The notes under the pieces: model-generated
The model's input: only the letters and a program-made list of their open reading frames with translations
What the model was told of the DNA's origin: nothing
The model's database searches: none
Program-made: the position numbers and the translations under genes
Source: Octopus bimaculoides
Taxonomy: Eukaryota
Length of the DNA: 35,108 nt
Reading direction: 5' to 3'
Assembly: GCF_001194135.2 (NCBI RefSeq)
Contig: NC_068982.1
Coordinates: 156,797,361 to 156,832,468, forward strand
Shown here: positions 10,601-22,250 of the stretch, in pieces
How the letters are laid out: each line of letters opens with the position of its first letter
Position numbering within the stretch: position 1 is the first letter of the stretch

Positions 10601-11492
10601 TGGCAAGAACGAAACTTCTAAAATAGATGGAGAAAGATTCAAACTGTAGCACTGATTAAATATTTACAGATGATGCAGATCCTCTATCCCGCGGGCGACC
10701 TTCGACTTTCTTTTTCTATCGAAGTGAAATTTGAATCCCTCAAATGGAAAAAAAGTTGTCCGACGTACAAATTTAGTTACAGCTTTGGTGGATATTCGAA
10801 CACAGGGGTGTGTATAAATACAAGCTTGTCACCAGTTCCAGTTAAATTATATTTGGGCATATTCGAACCCGTTATTAAGTCATTCACTGTATTTGAACTG
10901 ATGGACACGCTTTTATTTATACACATCACAGCTTAGTGCTTCTATTCCGTATTTCATTTACGGCGAGCTACCGATTAACGCAACCTGTTGCGATGTACGA
11001 TGATAGGAAAATACAAAGAGATATCCTTCACTTGTCAGTTCGTAGTGCTCTTCTTTCCGGGAGGTGATGCTGAAGAGGAGATAACCATTACGAAATGCGT
11101 GCATCCATCATTCTGTTAATGTGTGTTTGCGTCTATTTGTCTTCAGCGACAGATTACAATGAAAGGCTTTCTTACAGCTTTGAATAAACCCCAAGTATTT
11201 TTGAACATCGGTTTTGTATCTGTTAAAACAAATTTTATTGTCTAGGGTGAATCATTACGTCATTATTATTAACACACGCACTAGTTCAATTCCACTTTTT
11301 TGAAGTGATAACAAGCATATTGCTACGTCTCAAGCTACTGCTATCTAGCACCTTCGGATGATCTCTACTCGACTGCTACTCAACAGTCACTGGACTCCTC
11401 TACCACGGCTAGACTACCTCTATTTATATGTCTTGGGCGATCCTACTTCTTCGCTTGGGGGCGTCGACACAACATATATATATTTATTTATT

Positions 11493-11560
11493 TCTTTTTG
11501 GTCTTTTTATTTGTTTCAGTCATTTGACTGCGGCCATGCTGGAGCATCGCCTCTAGTCGA
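11493..11560 (-). mobile_element. SINE family B 3' terminal fragment
   Basis: Minus strand TTCGACTAGAGGCGATGCTCCAGCATGGCCGCAGTCAAATGACTGAAACAAATAAAAAG continues the TTCGACTAAAGG tail seen at 6474-6490 and matches diverged ends at 20590 and 22251. Confidence 0.7.
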
Positions 11561-11628
11561 AAAGAGAGAACTACATAAGCATATGCATGAGTACATGAGT
11601 ACACACACACAACACGCACACACGCACC

Positions 11629-11682
<54 letters not shown>

Positions 11683-12225
11683 CATACACACACAAATATA
11701 TGTATATTTACATGTATGATAATAAATATTTAGACATACACACGTATATGTGTATGTATGAATATACGCAAGAGCTTATTATCGTCATGATTTTCATATA
11801 TAACACATATAAGGATACTTGTAATAAACTCCTCGCTGTGCCTGGACGACATTCTGCCGATTGCATATACTTATCAAATATTTGCCTTGATCTTTGATTT
11901 CCAAGTTATACAAATTTTCGTTTAATGAACTACATATGTTTATACTCACGCACACTCATGCAGACGCGCAGATATATTTATGTACAAAAACATATGTATA
12001 TGAAAAACATACTTGCATATATATATGTATAAATGTATATATTCCTGTGTGCATGTGCATATATGTATAGATATATGTATTTATTCGGGTTCAGATATGT
12101 GGATATCTATATGAATATTCTGCAATCTACTACTTCCCTTCAGTACTTAATTTGTGGTAATATAGACGGTATATATATAGAACATACGAACATACTGCAC
12201 TAAATCCTAATATATAGTGTTCGGT

Positions 12226-12277
<52 letters not shown>

Positions 12278-12402
12278 GCGCATGTACATTCATATGTGTG
12301 TGTGTAAATGTATGAATATATACACACGCCCACACAGACACACACACATACAGCATATGTAATGTATGCATTCATGCATGTATCATAGATATTATATAAG
12401 TC

Positions 12403-12446
<44 letters not shown>

Positions 12447-13030
12447 TGTGTTTGTGTGTGTGTGTATGTGCGTGTGTGTGTGTGTGTGTGTGTGTAACTG
12501 TGTTGGTGCACAGCGTGTGTGTGTAGCGTTGCCGGTAGCTATGTATTTATGTTTTCATATAGCTACAGAAAAATATTTTCCTCACACAGTTCTCTTAATT
12601 TGCCAATTGTGCCCGTCTTTTCAGTTTTATGTTTTGAAGTTTTAAAGTAAATATTATCTTGGAGATTTCTCTTTAGTCAATCGATATCCCAGTGCAATTG
12701 ACGTAGCCACAGCAACAATGAAAGCCATAAATATTCATACAGATAACCAGTATACATAGAAAATTCAGGTAGATTGCTGTAATGTAGTTTCTAAATCTGT
12801 TCCTAACGAATTGTTTCTCAGTTCGAATTTTTGCAGTCCAATCTTTGTGTTATTTAAAGATACATCCCGATATTACATTTCTGCGCAGTATTTAATACAA
12901 AAAGCTGCTTTATTGAAAATAAAATATTGGTTGGTGATTTCAAACGTACCAGTATATACATACTCAACGTTAGATCTGTTTATAAACTGTTAATATAACA
13001 TGTATGTCCTTAATATATATTAATAGTTTA

Positions 13031-13225
13031 AGGCGGTGAGCTGGAAGAAACATTAGCATGCCGGGCGAAATGCTTAGCCGTATTTCGTGTGTCTTTATGT
13101 TCTGAGGTCAAATTCCGCCGAGGGCGACTTTGCCTTTTATCCTTTCGAGGTTGATAAATTACCAGTTGCGTAATCGACCGGCCCCCTCCACAAACATTTT
13201 CGGCCTTGTACTTAGAGCAGAAAAC
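13031..13225 (+). mobile_element. tRNA-derived SINE, family D
   Basis: AGGCGGTGAGCTGGAAGAAACATTAGCATGCCGGGCGAAATGCTTAG...GAGGTCAAATTCCGCCGAGG (A/B-box-like). Homologous to 21285-21455 and 21487-21700. Confidence 0.8.
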
Positions 13226-13501
13226 AATGTCTATTGTTTAAGATTTGGTAATTATAGAATAACTTCCTCATTTCCATGATATTCTTATGAATCTATGATT
13301 TAAAGATACTACTATACGTTTGTGTGTATGTGAATATAGGTACTCAACGCATTTAATAGGAGTGACATTCATTAAAAGCGTTTGAAACGGCTCTATGTGA
13401 CTTAAAGTTTCACGCGTCGGTCATCTAAGGCCTGGAAGAGACGGGTTTCTGTTAGAGACCCGCGAATCTATAAGCTGCATGTAACCGAATCAAACATTAA
13501 A

Positions 13502-13545
<44 letters not shown>

Positions 13546-13994
13546 TTGTGGGTGTATGTGTTTCTGCGTATGTGTGTATCTGTGTGTGTTTGTATACATA
13601 TAAGTATGCATGCATGTACCTATATAGACATTAATACTGAAAATATTTCATAAAATGTTACAGTTTGGAGTAGCCGATCGTCAGAATGCATTTCTTAATA
13701 TGATGGTTTATAAATCTTTTTAAACAGCGGTAATTATTTAGTAATTATTCAAATAAGCATTTAAACCTGAATGGAGAAGTGGTTGGCTGCAATGTTTGTA
13801 TATACTTAAAAAAGCCATCATATTTTAAAAAAAGTTCACGCCTGTCTGATCGTCGGTTGCTCGGTTGTATGAAACTCTGAGTACCTGTTTGCTAAGTTTC
13901 CTTACCTTCAATAAACACAATACTTTACTCTTCCATTGGTATTCGAGGGCTATTATCTCTACAGTGTTTTCCACCTATTTATTTGCATCTGTCC

Positions 13995-14047
<53 letters not shown>

Positions 14048-14675
14048 ATACATACATACACACATAAATGCATGTGTTCATGTCTGTATGTGTTTATGTA
14101 TATGCATATAACGAACGTTAGATGTGGAAGAGAACGTAAAAATATTTATATGCGATTGAAGCTCCAAAGCAAAGTATAGAAGCGTGTGTTTCAAATATCA
14201 AGTCCATAAGTAACATTATTTATCCGTTGCCCGTAAGAGATGATAATACTATTCATCTAGCAACATTGTCTGATATAAAGAAGATATTTATGATAGCAAT
14301 ATTTTTTCTGACGTAAATATCGGTAAATGTTATTAAAGGTTTCACATGAATTGGGTCATAATGATAAAAAAGAAGAGATTTTCAATTCAATTTATTAATC
14401 TACTTGTGTATTTCAACTGTGAGCTAAAATGAATATGAATTGATAATGTCATACATCTATACACTCACACATTCTCATACACATGCACATATACATACAC
14501 ACACACACACACACACGTATACATACACACACACACATATATATATATACTTAGGTATATATATATATATATATATATGTATGTACATACACACATGTAT
14601 ACACACATAAATGCATATACATGCACATATTTATGTATGTATGTATATAAATATATATACATACACACACATATT

Positions 14676-14732
<57 letters not shown>

Positions 14733-14742
14733 NNNNNNNNNN
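14733..14742. other. assembly gap (10 N) after (TA)n
   Basis: Directly visible. Confidence 1.
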
Positions 14743-15509
14743 TTCATATCTATCTATCTATATGTGTGTGTGTTTGTGTGAGTGTGTTTGTATGTGTGTG
14801 TGTACGTGTGTTTATGTGTGTGTGTGTGTGTGTGTGTATGTGTGTGTGTGTGTGAGTGTGTGTGTATGTGTGTAATACGAAAAGCGATGGAGAATATAAC
14901 TCTGCAAGGAAGGAATTGAGCTTTTCATTGGATTTGGCAAGAAACTCAGTCTTTCCCATACAGACGTCGGCGTCGGAGAAATTGCGGGAGTTAGATGACG
15001 GTTCTTGTGTGAATAGTATGTGAGATAGAATAGAGTGGATATGAATGTGGGTTATCAGGTTTATAATCAACAGAAGTGATAGAAATATTGTCGGAGCTGT
15101 TAGACGACGGGTGCAAAACATTGTGCAGTAGCATCAATAGAGTTATAGATGTAACGAGCGTGTAGAAGTAGGAGAGTGTCTCTGTGATCTGAACACAAAG
15201 TGTATTTCCTAAGATTTTTTCTATTTATTTAGGTGATATGAACTTATTTTTCGACTAGCTGAGATTTAAACCAACTTGATGTTGCAGTTGTTGTCACTGC
15301 TGTTGTTGCCCTTTTTGTTGTTGTTGCCGTTGTATTTTTGTCGTTGGTTAGTCATTGGTTAGCTTTGATCAAGAAGACCAATACCAAAGGGCTTTCCTGC
15401 TGAGAGCTTCTCTTCATGCAGTGTATCTTGCAATATATTAACTAATCTCTCCCGCAGTTCTTAAAACTGTACTTTTGGACATGTACTATTTTCTTCCTAG
15501 TCGTTAAGA

Positions 15510-15511
<2 letters not shown>

Positions 15512-15568
<57 letters not shown>

Positions 15569-15640
15569 AGTCTATGTATGTATGTATGTATGTATCTATC
15601 AGTCTATGTATGTATGTATATATGTATGTAAGTATGTATG

Positions 15641-15671
<31 letters not shown>

Positions 15672-15790
15672 GTATGTATGTATGTATGTATGTATGTATG
15701 TATCTATACATACATACATACATACATATGTACATACATACATACATACATACATGCATACATATGTACATACATACATACATACATACA
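15512..15790. repeat. (TCTA)n followed by inverted (TATG)n/(CATA)n tetranucleotide arrays
   Basis: Directly visible. (TATG)n switches to its reverse complement (CATA)n at ~15705. Confidence 0.95.
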
Positions 15791-15855
15791 ATAACGAAGG
15801 CAGCTATCCGCAATAAAATCCAAAAGGGAAAAATTGAATTGTCACTAGTTTTGAC

Positions 15856-16254
15856 TGACGGTGCAGGTTAGCACCTACATTGCTAGAAATAAAAGTTAAA
15901 ACCCCTTAGAGCCGCAAAGAAGCACATGTCTTTGCACTGGCAGGGGAGATAAGCGTTCCACGGCGTGCGAGATAATCATACTAGTCTAGTTTCGCTTAAA
16001 ATTAAAGCTATCACTGGATGCTAAGGCTAAATCCCGACTGTCAGTATATAGTACTTACCATATGAATCAATGGCTGGTTCAGTAAATTGGTAATGTGAAA
16101 ATTATAAAATTATAAATTTTAAACGAAACTAGACTAGTATGGTGAACTCGCACGCTGTGGGGCGGTTATGTTGCCTGTCAGTGCATAGGGGTGCTGGTTT
16201 GCTGGTCTAAGAGATTTCAACGCTTATTTCCAACAATGCTACCCTGCACCGTCA
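15856..16254. mobile_element. unclassified foldback/MITE-like element with ~140-150-bp imperfect terminal inverted repeats
   Basis: 15856-16003 aligns to the reverse complement of 16115-16254. Both begin TGACGGTGCAGG and share an exact 18-mer CATACTAGTCTAGTTTCG (15977-15994 / 16124-16141). The spacer is ~110 bp and non-coding. Confidence 0.8.
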
Positions 16255-16509
16255 CCCACAATTTGTAATAACTGAATAATACATATATACATACATACAT
16301 ACATACATAATACATACACACACACATACATGCACACACACACATACATACATAGATATATACATACATACATAAAAACACACACACATATATGTATATA
16401 TGTATGTATGTATACATATATTTATATTTATATATATATATATATATATACACGCACACACAAACACACCCACCCACATACACACACACACGCGCACACA
16501 AACACCTCC

Positions 16510-16568
<59 letters not shown>

Positions 16569-16707
16569 TAAGAAAATGGAGGTAAAGAATTTCAATTATC
16601 CCTTCATGTTAAGTTGTAATGAAATAAAAAGATATGTTTAATAAAAGAAGGAAAATGCACACAGTTTTCATAGTTTTAATATATTTTAAATGAAAGAGCA
16701 TCGTGGT

Positions 16708-16740
16708 TGTCGACCGGTTTCTCTTTCGCTAATAATGACA
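16708..16740 (-). ncRNA. decayed minimal type I hammerhead ribozyme motif
   Basis: Minus strand TGTC-ATTATTA-GC GAAA GA-GAAAC-CG-GTC-GACA. Stem I (TGTC/GACA) and GAAAC..GTC are intact. Four substitutions separate it from TGTC-CTGATGA-GCGAAAGC-GAAAC-CG-GTC-GACA. Confidence 0.55.
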
Positions 16741-16888
16741 TTGAAATTATTGTGATTTCGTATTTTCTTAAGAAGTGTTTAGACTATGTTCTTGCATGAA
16801 AGTATGTAAATGAATCAACAAGTAGAAAAATCTATGTGATCATGAATTAAAATATATACTGAGACCAAAGTTGGTTATGCGTTCATAG

Positions 16889-17074
16889 TTAGGCGTGTTC
16901 TGTACTTTTCGATAAAATAATTTCTTTGTTTAAACGTTCTTGAACAGAAATTGTTTCTTTGAACTGGGAGATGGGGAAACTGAAATTTGGTTGCAGATTC
17001 TCTGGACATCTCTCTATATGCTCACTCAAAGGTATCTGTCTATACCTTGAGAAATGGATCTGTTCCTCATGCAA
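16889..17074 (-). pseudogene. C-terminal GIY-YIG endonuclease fragment of a Penelope-like element
   Basis: LHEEQIHFSRYRQIPLSEHIERCPENLQPNFSFPISQFKETISVQERLNKE resembles the PLE endonuclease C-half (R..H...I......S.H...C ... R..KE). An RT fragment is adjacent and a hammerhead motif lies downstream. Confidence 0.65.
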
Positions 17075-17125
17075 AGAACAACTCCTTTTCTTAGATATCT
17101 TGATTAAAAAGAAGTCAACAGATTT
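17070..17125 (+). pseudogene. inverted PLE reverse-transcriptase fragment
   Basis: KEQLLFLDILIKKKST matches the PLE RT motif 'LPFLD(I/V)LI'. It lies on the opposite strand to the adjoining endonuclease piece. Confidence 0.55.
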
Positions 17126-17195
17126 GCCCCACTCTCTGTTGAGAGGAGTGTAGAAAATAATGAGCCTGAGATTTAGTCTTCATCTGATAGTTGGG

Positions 17196-17197
<2 letters not shown>

Positions 17198-17273
<76 letters not shown>

Positions 17274-17275
17274 AA
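17198..17275. repeat. (GA)n microsatellite
   Basis: Directly visible. Confidence 0.95.
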
Positions 17276-18639
17276 GAGAGAGGACGGAAGCGGGGAGGGG
17301 GTGAGAGAGAGGGAAACAAAGAGAAGGAATGAAAGAAAAGCAGAGAGATGCAAAATGGAGAAATTATATTGTTACTTGGATTGTAAATATGTTAAATGCC
17401 TATGATTTTATGTATAGAACTTTTGAAATACATCTGTTAACCACGAAAGAAAATCTTAAGCATATTATGAAAGTTAAACATAAAATTTAAGATACTGAAG
17501 TGATTTAATCACGATTAATAAAGCAGAATGCACAAATTTTTATAAAGTAATCTATAAAAATGATTTAGAATTCCAAAAGTAAATAATGGTAATCTTTCAT
17601 TTTTGCCGCTATAAATATCAGCATAGACGTCTAAAGAAAATCATATATTATAATAAATGTAATAAAGTAAAGAATTGAAAATTAGAGAAATATTGTATAT
17701 TAATAAAAACATAACTATGAAAATAAGCTATGCTACAATATACACAAAAATTACTGAAATTTATATAAAGACACCCATAAAATATAAAAAAAACTAACGT
17801 CATGCAAAATTTTAAAAGTGATATAAAATAATTTTTTCGTATGGCAAAACGAAGAAAATAAAAATGAATTATTATAAAAATCATGTTTAAAATACAATTA
17901 ATTATAAATAATGTAAAATAATTAGATATGATAAATTAGAAGAATTTCAAGAAATATATGTATCTATATACACAAAATCAGATACATTTCACACGTTACT
18001 CACGCACATACACCCGCGTAAACATATCCATAAAAACTATTCTCGCATAAAGATTTTTTTATCATGATTTTCCCAGACATAAATATCAATATAACTGCTT
18101 AATGAAAAAATATTCATATTATACGTGATAAAATAAATAATTACCAATTAGATATAAGAAAATCATAACTAATAAAATAGTGTATATTACAATGCAATTC
18201 AAATTGGTTGCCACAGCCAACAGATTTTTGTCATGAATAATTTCAAAACTTATATGAAGTAATCTTTTAGATAGACAAGAAAATAAAAGAAATATATGTG
18301 ATTTTCAATAAAAATCTTATTACTCTTTTTAAAAATGACAATTATATATATATATATAGATATATATATATATAATGATTTAAAACTAAACGATATGATA
18401 TTTTTTTTTAAATGCAAAGAAATAAACGCACGCATTCTCAGAAATATATGAATGTTTTACACGTTTACACCCGTTCACACACTTATATAAATATGCATGA
18501 ATTATATAAGTAAAAGCAAATAGCAAAAGTGCAAAATAGTGACGCACATATAGACGCATGAACTTTTAAAACACACTTCCACACAATCATACAAACTGAC
18601 ATGTAGATAGTCAAACATTGAAACACACTTCCATACAAA

Positions 18640-19310
18640 GTGAATAGGCCATATAGTAGATGGTCTCTGTGCCATATGACAGCTAAATCTCATTCTAGCT
18701 AAAAACCTAACTAACCTGACCCCCTTAGAAATAGACCTAATTCTGTCAGAAAGACACACATCTCCTTCGATGATAATCTTTGGTGCCGAGCTACACTCAA
18801 AAATAATAGTAACAACTTCTTCGATATAATCATGGGCTTCTCTCACTCCGCTCAGGTCACGGATCTGGTCGGACTATACCTCCTCCAGCAAGTCCGCATG
18901 TATTTCCCTAACATCAAGAGGAGTGTGTATAGGGACGGTGTATTGTTCGTTACTACGGGCCTAACTAAATTCGGATTAGAGAAGATTAGAAAATATTTAC
19001 ATAAATTCTTTGGTAATTTTAATTTATCTATCGCCTTTGAAAACACTTACAAAACAGCTTAATTTCTAGATATTACTTCAGATTTAAAATCTTTGCTATA
19101 CTCTATCAACGATAAACATAATCACTACCTCAGATACATTAGCATAGACTCTAATCACCATAAATCTATCTTCGATAATGTAATCAAAGGCATATCTATC
19201 CGGATATCAGGTCTCTCAGCCGCGGAAGAAATCTTCAATAGCCACGCTACATACAACAACCAGGCACTAGCCGCGAAAGGTTTCTCCCAGCAAATTAAAT
19301 TCATAGCAAA
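18640..19310 (+). pseudogene. Penelope-like element reverse transcriptase relic
   Basis: ISFDDNLWCRATLKNNSNNFFDIIMGFSHSAQVTDLVGLYLL...VYRDGV...KTA*FLDIT...LRYISIDSNHHKSIFDNVIKGISIRISGLSAAEEIFN...NQALAAKGF. This follows the PLE pattern FDVTMG..E..ELVGLY / YRDDG / NFLD / SNHP..I...I..RIS.LS..EEIF. The YRDD dyad has lost one Asp. Confidence 0.85.
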
Positions 19311-20589
19311 CACTAGGTTTATAAAACCCATCTCTAAACTCAGTCCTGGACGGACATGCCCCTCTACTAGACCATTAACCCTCCCACTATAGATAGACAA
19401 ACTAAAACCCCCGCTAGAAACCTAAAATGACCTCGGTTGAGACGCTCTCGTCCGCCCTGCGCTCACCGGTATAATACTCGATCGAAACTGAAGCTGATAA
19501 ACAACAATGAACCCCACAACTCTCCTCTAACAAATACTCGCCCTGCCTTGCTTTTTGTTGTTCTTTCATCCTCTAATATAATATACGGAAGCCTAATACG
19601 GATCCCTGACTTCAGCCTCAGCTGTGAACTTGGAACCTAAGGGATGACAAATTATAGCACTTATCTATCGTATCTATTCGGTTAGATCACCAGTGAACTG
19701 GGGCCCCTCATATTCTATATAATACTATATATATATGTACATAAATATATATACACACTCATACGTATATATATAAATATATATATATAGGTATAGTCAT
19801 ACAGTATAAATTAATTTTGTCGAATTTAAACCCGGAAGAAAAGATTACATTGTTCATGACATTAATTTGAGTGGAAGAATTGTCTAAATATCTAATTCTA
19901 TCTTCGTCCACCGCATATTAATCTGTTGTGGAGGAGGAGAGATAGATTTAGATAATCTCGTAAAGCTAAACAGATCTGTAATATTTTAAACAATAGTACA
20001 GTTGCACTTGTCATTGTATTTAAAACATCAAGATTAAATATTTGTGTCACCAAAATGACAAAAGCACGTGTGTTACTGAAACGTATTCTGTACACATACA
20101 ATAAACAGGTAATTATAACAGTTTATCAATAGTATAATCTAGTTTTGAACAGATTTACAGAGGATTTGTATACACACTCTGAGCTTGTTTCCTGATTAAG
20201 CCATGCCTTCTGCAGTTGCACATTCATACTGACAACAATAAACACAGAAACATATGTACATATATGTATATAGGTAAATATATATACATACACACACTCA
20301 CAAATGAACACGCATATATATATCTATGTAGGTACAAATATACATACGCATACATGCATTATCCCTTTAAGTGTGCTAATATACTTTTAAAGTTAGTATT
20401 TATAAATTTATATTTTAATTAATGGGTGCATGGTAAAATTGTATTCTAAAATTAAAGCCATTTAAAAAATGATACACTTAAGTACCTTTTGACATTCAAC
20501 GATATGTTATGCATTACTAAATGCGCATTTGTACACATCTATCAAAAATATACATCTGTTGTTTATTACATATGCAGATATCTTTTATC

Positions 20590-20870
20590 ATTTACTTTTT
20601 ACTTGTTTCAGCTATTATCCCACGGCCACGCAGGGGCTCTGTTTTGAAGAATTTTTAGTCGAATGAATCAACCCCAGCACTCATTGATTTTTTTTTAATT
20701 CTGTCAGTATCTTTATTTTTGAACAGCGCAGTTATGAGGAAGTAAGCACATCGACACCGGTTGTCAAGTGGTGTTGAGGGACAAACACGCACACGCGCAC
20801 ACACACACAAACACATACATACATACATATATATACATACATACATACATACACACACACACAGATGCAC
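20590..20870 (-). mobile_element. SINE family B tail plus internal microsatellite, diverged
   Basis: TTTAGTCGAATGAATCAACCCCAGCAC...CCGGTTGTCAAGTGGTGTTGAGGGACAAACACGCACAC aligns with 6480-6630. Confidence 0.7.
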
Positions 20871-20980
20871 TTACACACACATGTATATATGTATATGTAT
20901 TTAGGACGAACTTCTTCACTTTCTTATTTCTTTATTGCACACAAGGGGCTAAACATAGAGGGGACAAACAAGGACAGACA

Positions 20981-21211
20981 ATGCTCCCCCACTACTTCTG
21001 CTCGTGATCAGAGATGCAGATTTTCGTCAGCCACCAAGGGACATGCTCAACTGGTTAAGGTCAAACAACTGACAAGCAAATCTGTGGTATTAAGCAGAAT
21101 ATTTGCTGTAGCCCATCTTTTATACCAAGACAAAACAATGTACATGATAACACTTTCAATCAATTAAAATCAGAAGCCATGAGAGCCACTGCCTGGTACT
21201 GCATCCGGGCA

Positions 21212-21212
<1 letters not shown>
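20981..21212. repeat. unclassified interspersed repeat abutting an (ATT)n run
   Basis: Complex non-coding block with a sharp edge at the (ATT)n tract. I recall it as a high-copy octopus repeat but it has no second copy in the window. Confidence 0.4.
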
Positions 21213-21275
<63 letters not shown>

Positions 21276-21285
21276 GTTGTTATTA
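21211..21285. repeat. (ATT)n microsatellite
   Basis: Directly visible. Confidence 0.95.
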
Positions 21286-21455
21286 AGAAGGTGGCAAGAT
21301 GGCAGAATTGGATAAAATCCATTGTGACATTTCTTCCGTCTTTTACGGCGTCAGCTCAAATATCTCCGAGTTCCACTTTGCGTTTAATCTTTCGGAGTAG
21401 ATAAAACAAGTACCAGTTGAGTACTGGAGCCGACTTACCCCATCCCCCGAAATTG
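21285..21455 (+). mobile_element. SINE family D, diverged copy 1 of a tandem pair
   Basis: AAGAAGGTGGCAAGATGGCAGAA...GACATTTCTTCCGTC...ACTTTGC...GATAAAACAAGTACCAGTTGAGTACTGG, homologous to 13031-13225. Confidence 0.7.
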
Positions 21456-21486
21456 CTATTGTGGTTGTTTTTGTTATTATCATTAA

Positions 21487-21700
21487 TAGGCGACAAGATG
21501 GCAAAATCAGTAACACGTCGGATGAAATGCTTAACGACATTTCTTCCGTCTCTTACAGTCTCTGTTCAAATTTCGCCGAAATTGACTTTGCATTTCATCT
21601 TCTTGGTATCGATAAAATATGTGGCAGCCTAGCACTGGGGTCGATGTAATCAGTTCTTCTTCTCTCCTGATATTGTCGGCCTTGTGCCAACATTTCAAAC
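21487..21700 (+). mobile_element. SINE family D, diverged copy 2 of a tandem pair
   Basis: AGGCGACAAGATGGCAAAATCAGTAACACGTCGGATGAAATGCTTAACGACATTTCTTCCGTC...GTTCAAATTTCGCCG...CTGGGGTCGATGTAATC...GGCCTTGTGCC. Confidence 0.75.
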
Positions 21701-21789
21701 CATTATTATTATTATTAGCGTTTTCATCAACATAACCCCATCCTCCACCAAAATCCACGTCGGCATCATCGTTACCTTCATGATGAGAA

Positions 21790-21870
21790 ACAACAGCAAC
21801 AACAGCAGCAGCGCTAGCAACAGCAGCAATAGCAACAGCAGCAGTAACAGCAGTAGTAACGGCAGCAATA
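21790..21870. repeat. degenerate (AGC/AAC)n trinucleotide repeat
   Basis: AACAGCAACAACAGCAGCAGCGCTAGCAACAGCAGCAATAGC... Confidence 0.85.
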
Positions 21871-22250
21871 AGGACAGTAGCTTCCTCTCGTTGAAATCAA
21901 TAAATTAGAACATTATTTTAATTCATGCAGTGGAAAAATAAACTTTAATCGCCTAAAGGTGACATTGGGGACAAACGTAACAATAATTAGGGATTAATTC
22001 TAATCTTTTCTACTTAAAACGTTCTTATTTTGATCTCATTTGTGTCGATTTGTGACGAATCCACGGTCAACTAAAATTGTTCAAAAGTATCAATAAAAGC
22101 TTACTTTTACTTCCTCGTTAACTACAAAAATAACCGATTGCTAAAATTTAACACTGTACATATGTACGTGCGTTTGCGGTACATACACACACACAAACAC
22201 ACGCACACACATACACACACAAACGCGCGCGCGCACATATGTATACAACT

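Noticed and set aside
17600-18430. Extremely AT-rich stretch with hydrophobic minus-strand ORFs
   Set aside because: The F/I/Y/L-rich translations are a compositional artefact.
19600-19645. CTGACTT-CAGC ctca GCTG-TGAAC hairpin downstream of the PLE RT
   Set aside because: The core lacks GA, GAAA is broken and there is no NUH before the putative stem I.
21684-21908. Ser/Asn-rich ORF (NNSNNSSSASNSS)
   Set aside because: It is a translation of a degenerate AGC/AAC repeat next to a SINE, with no exon signals.
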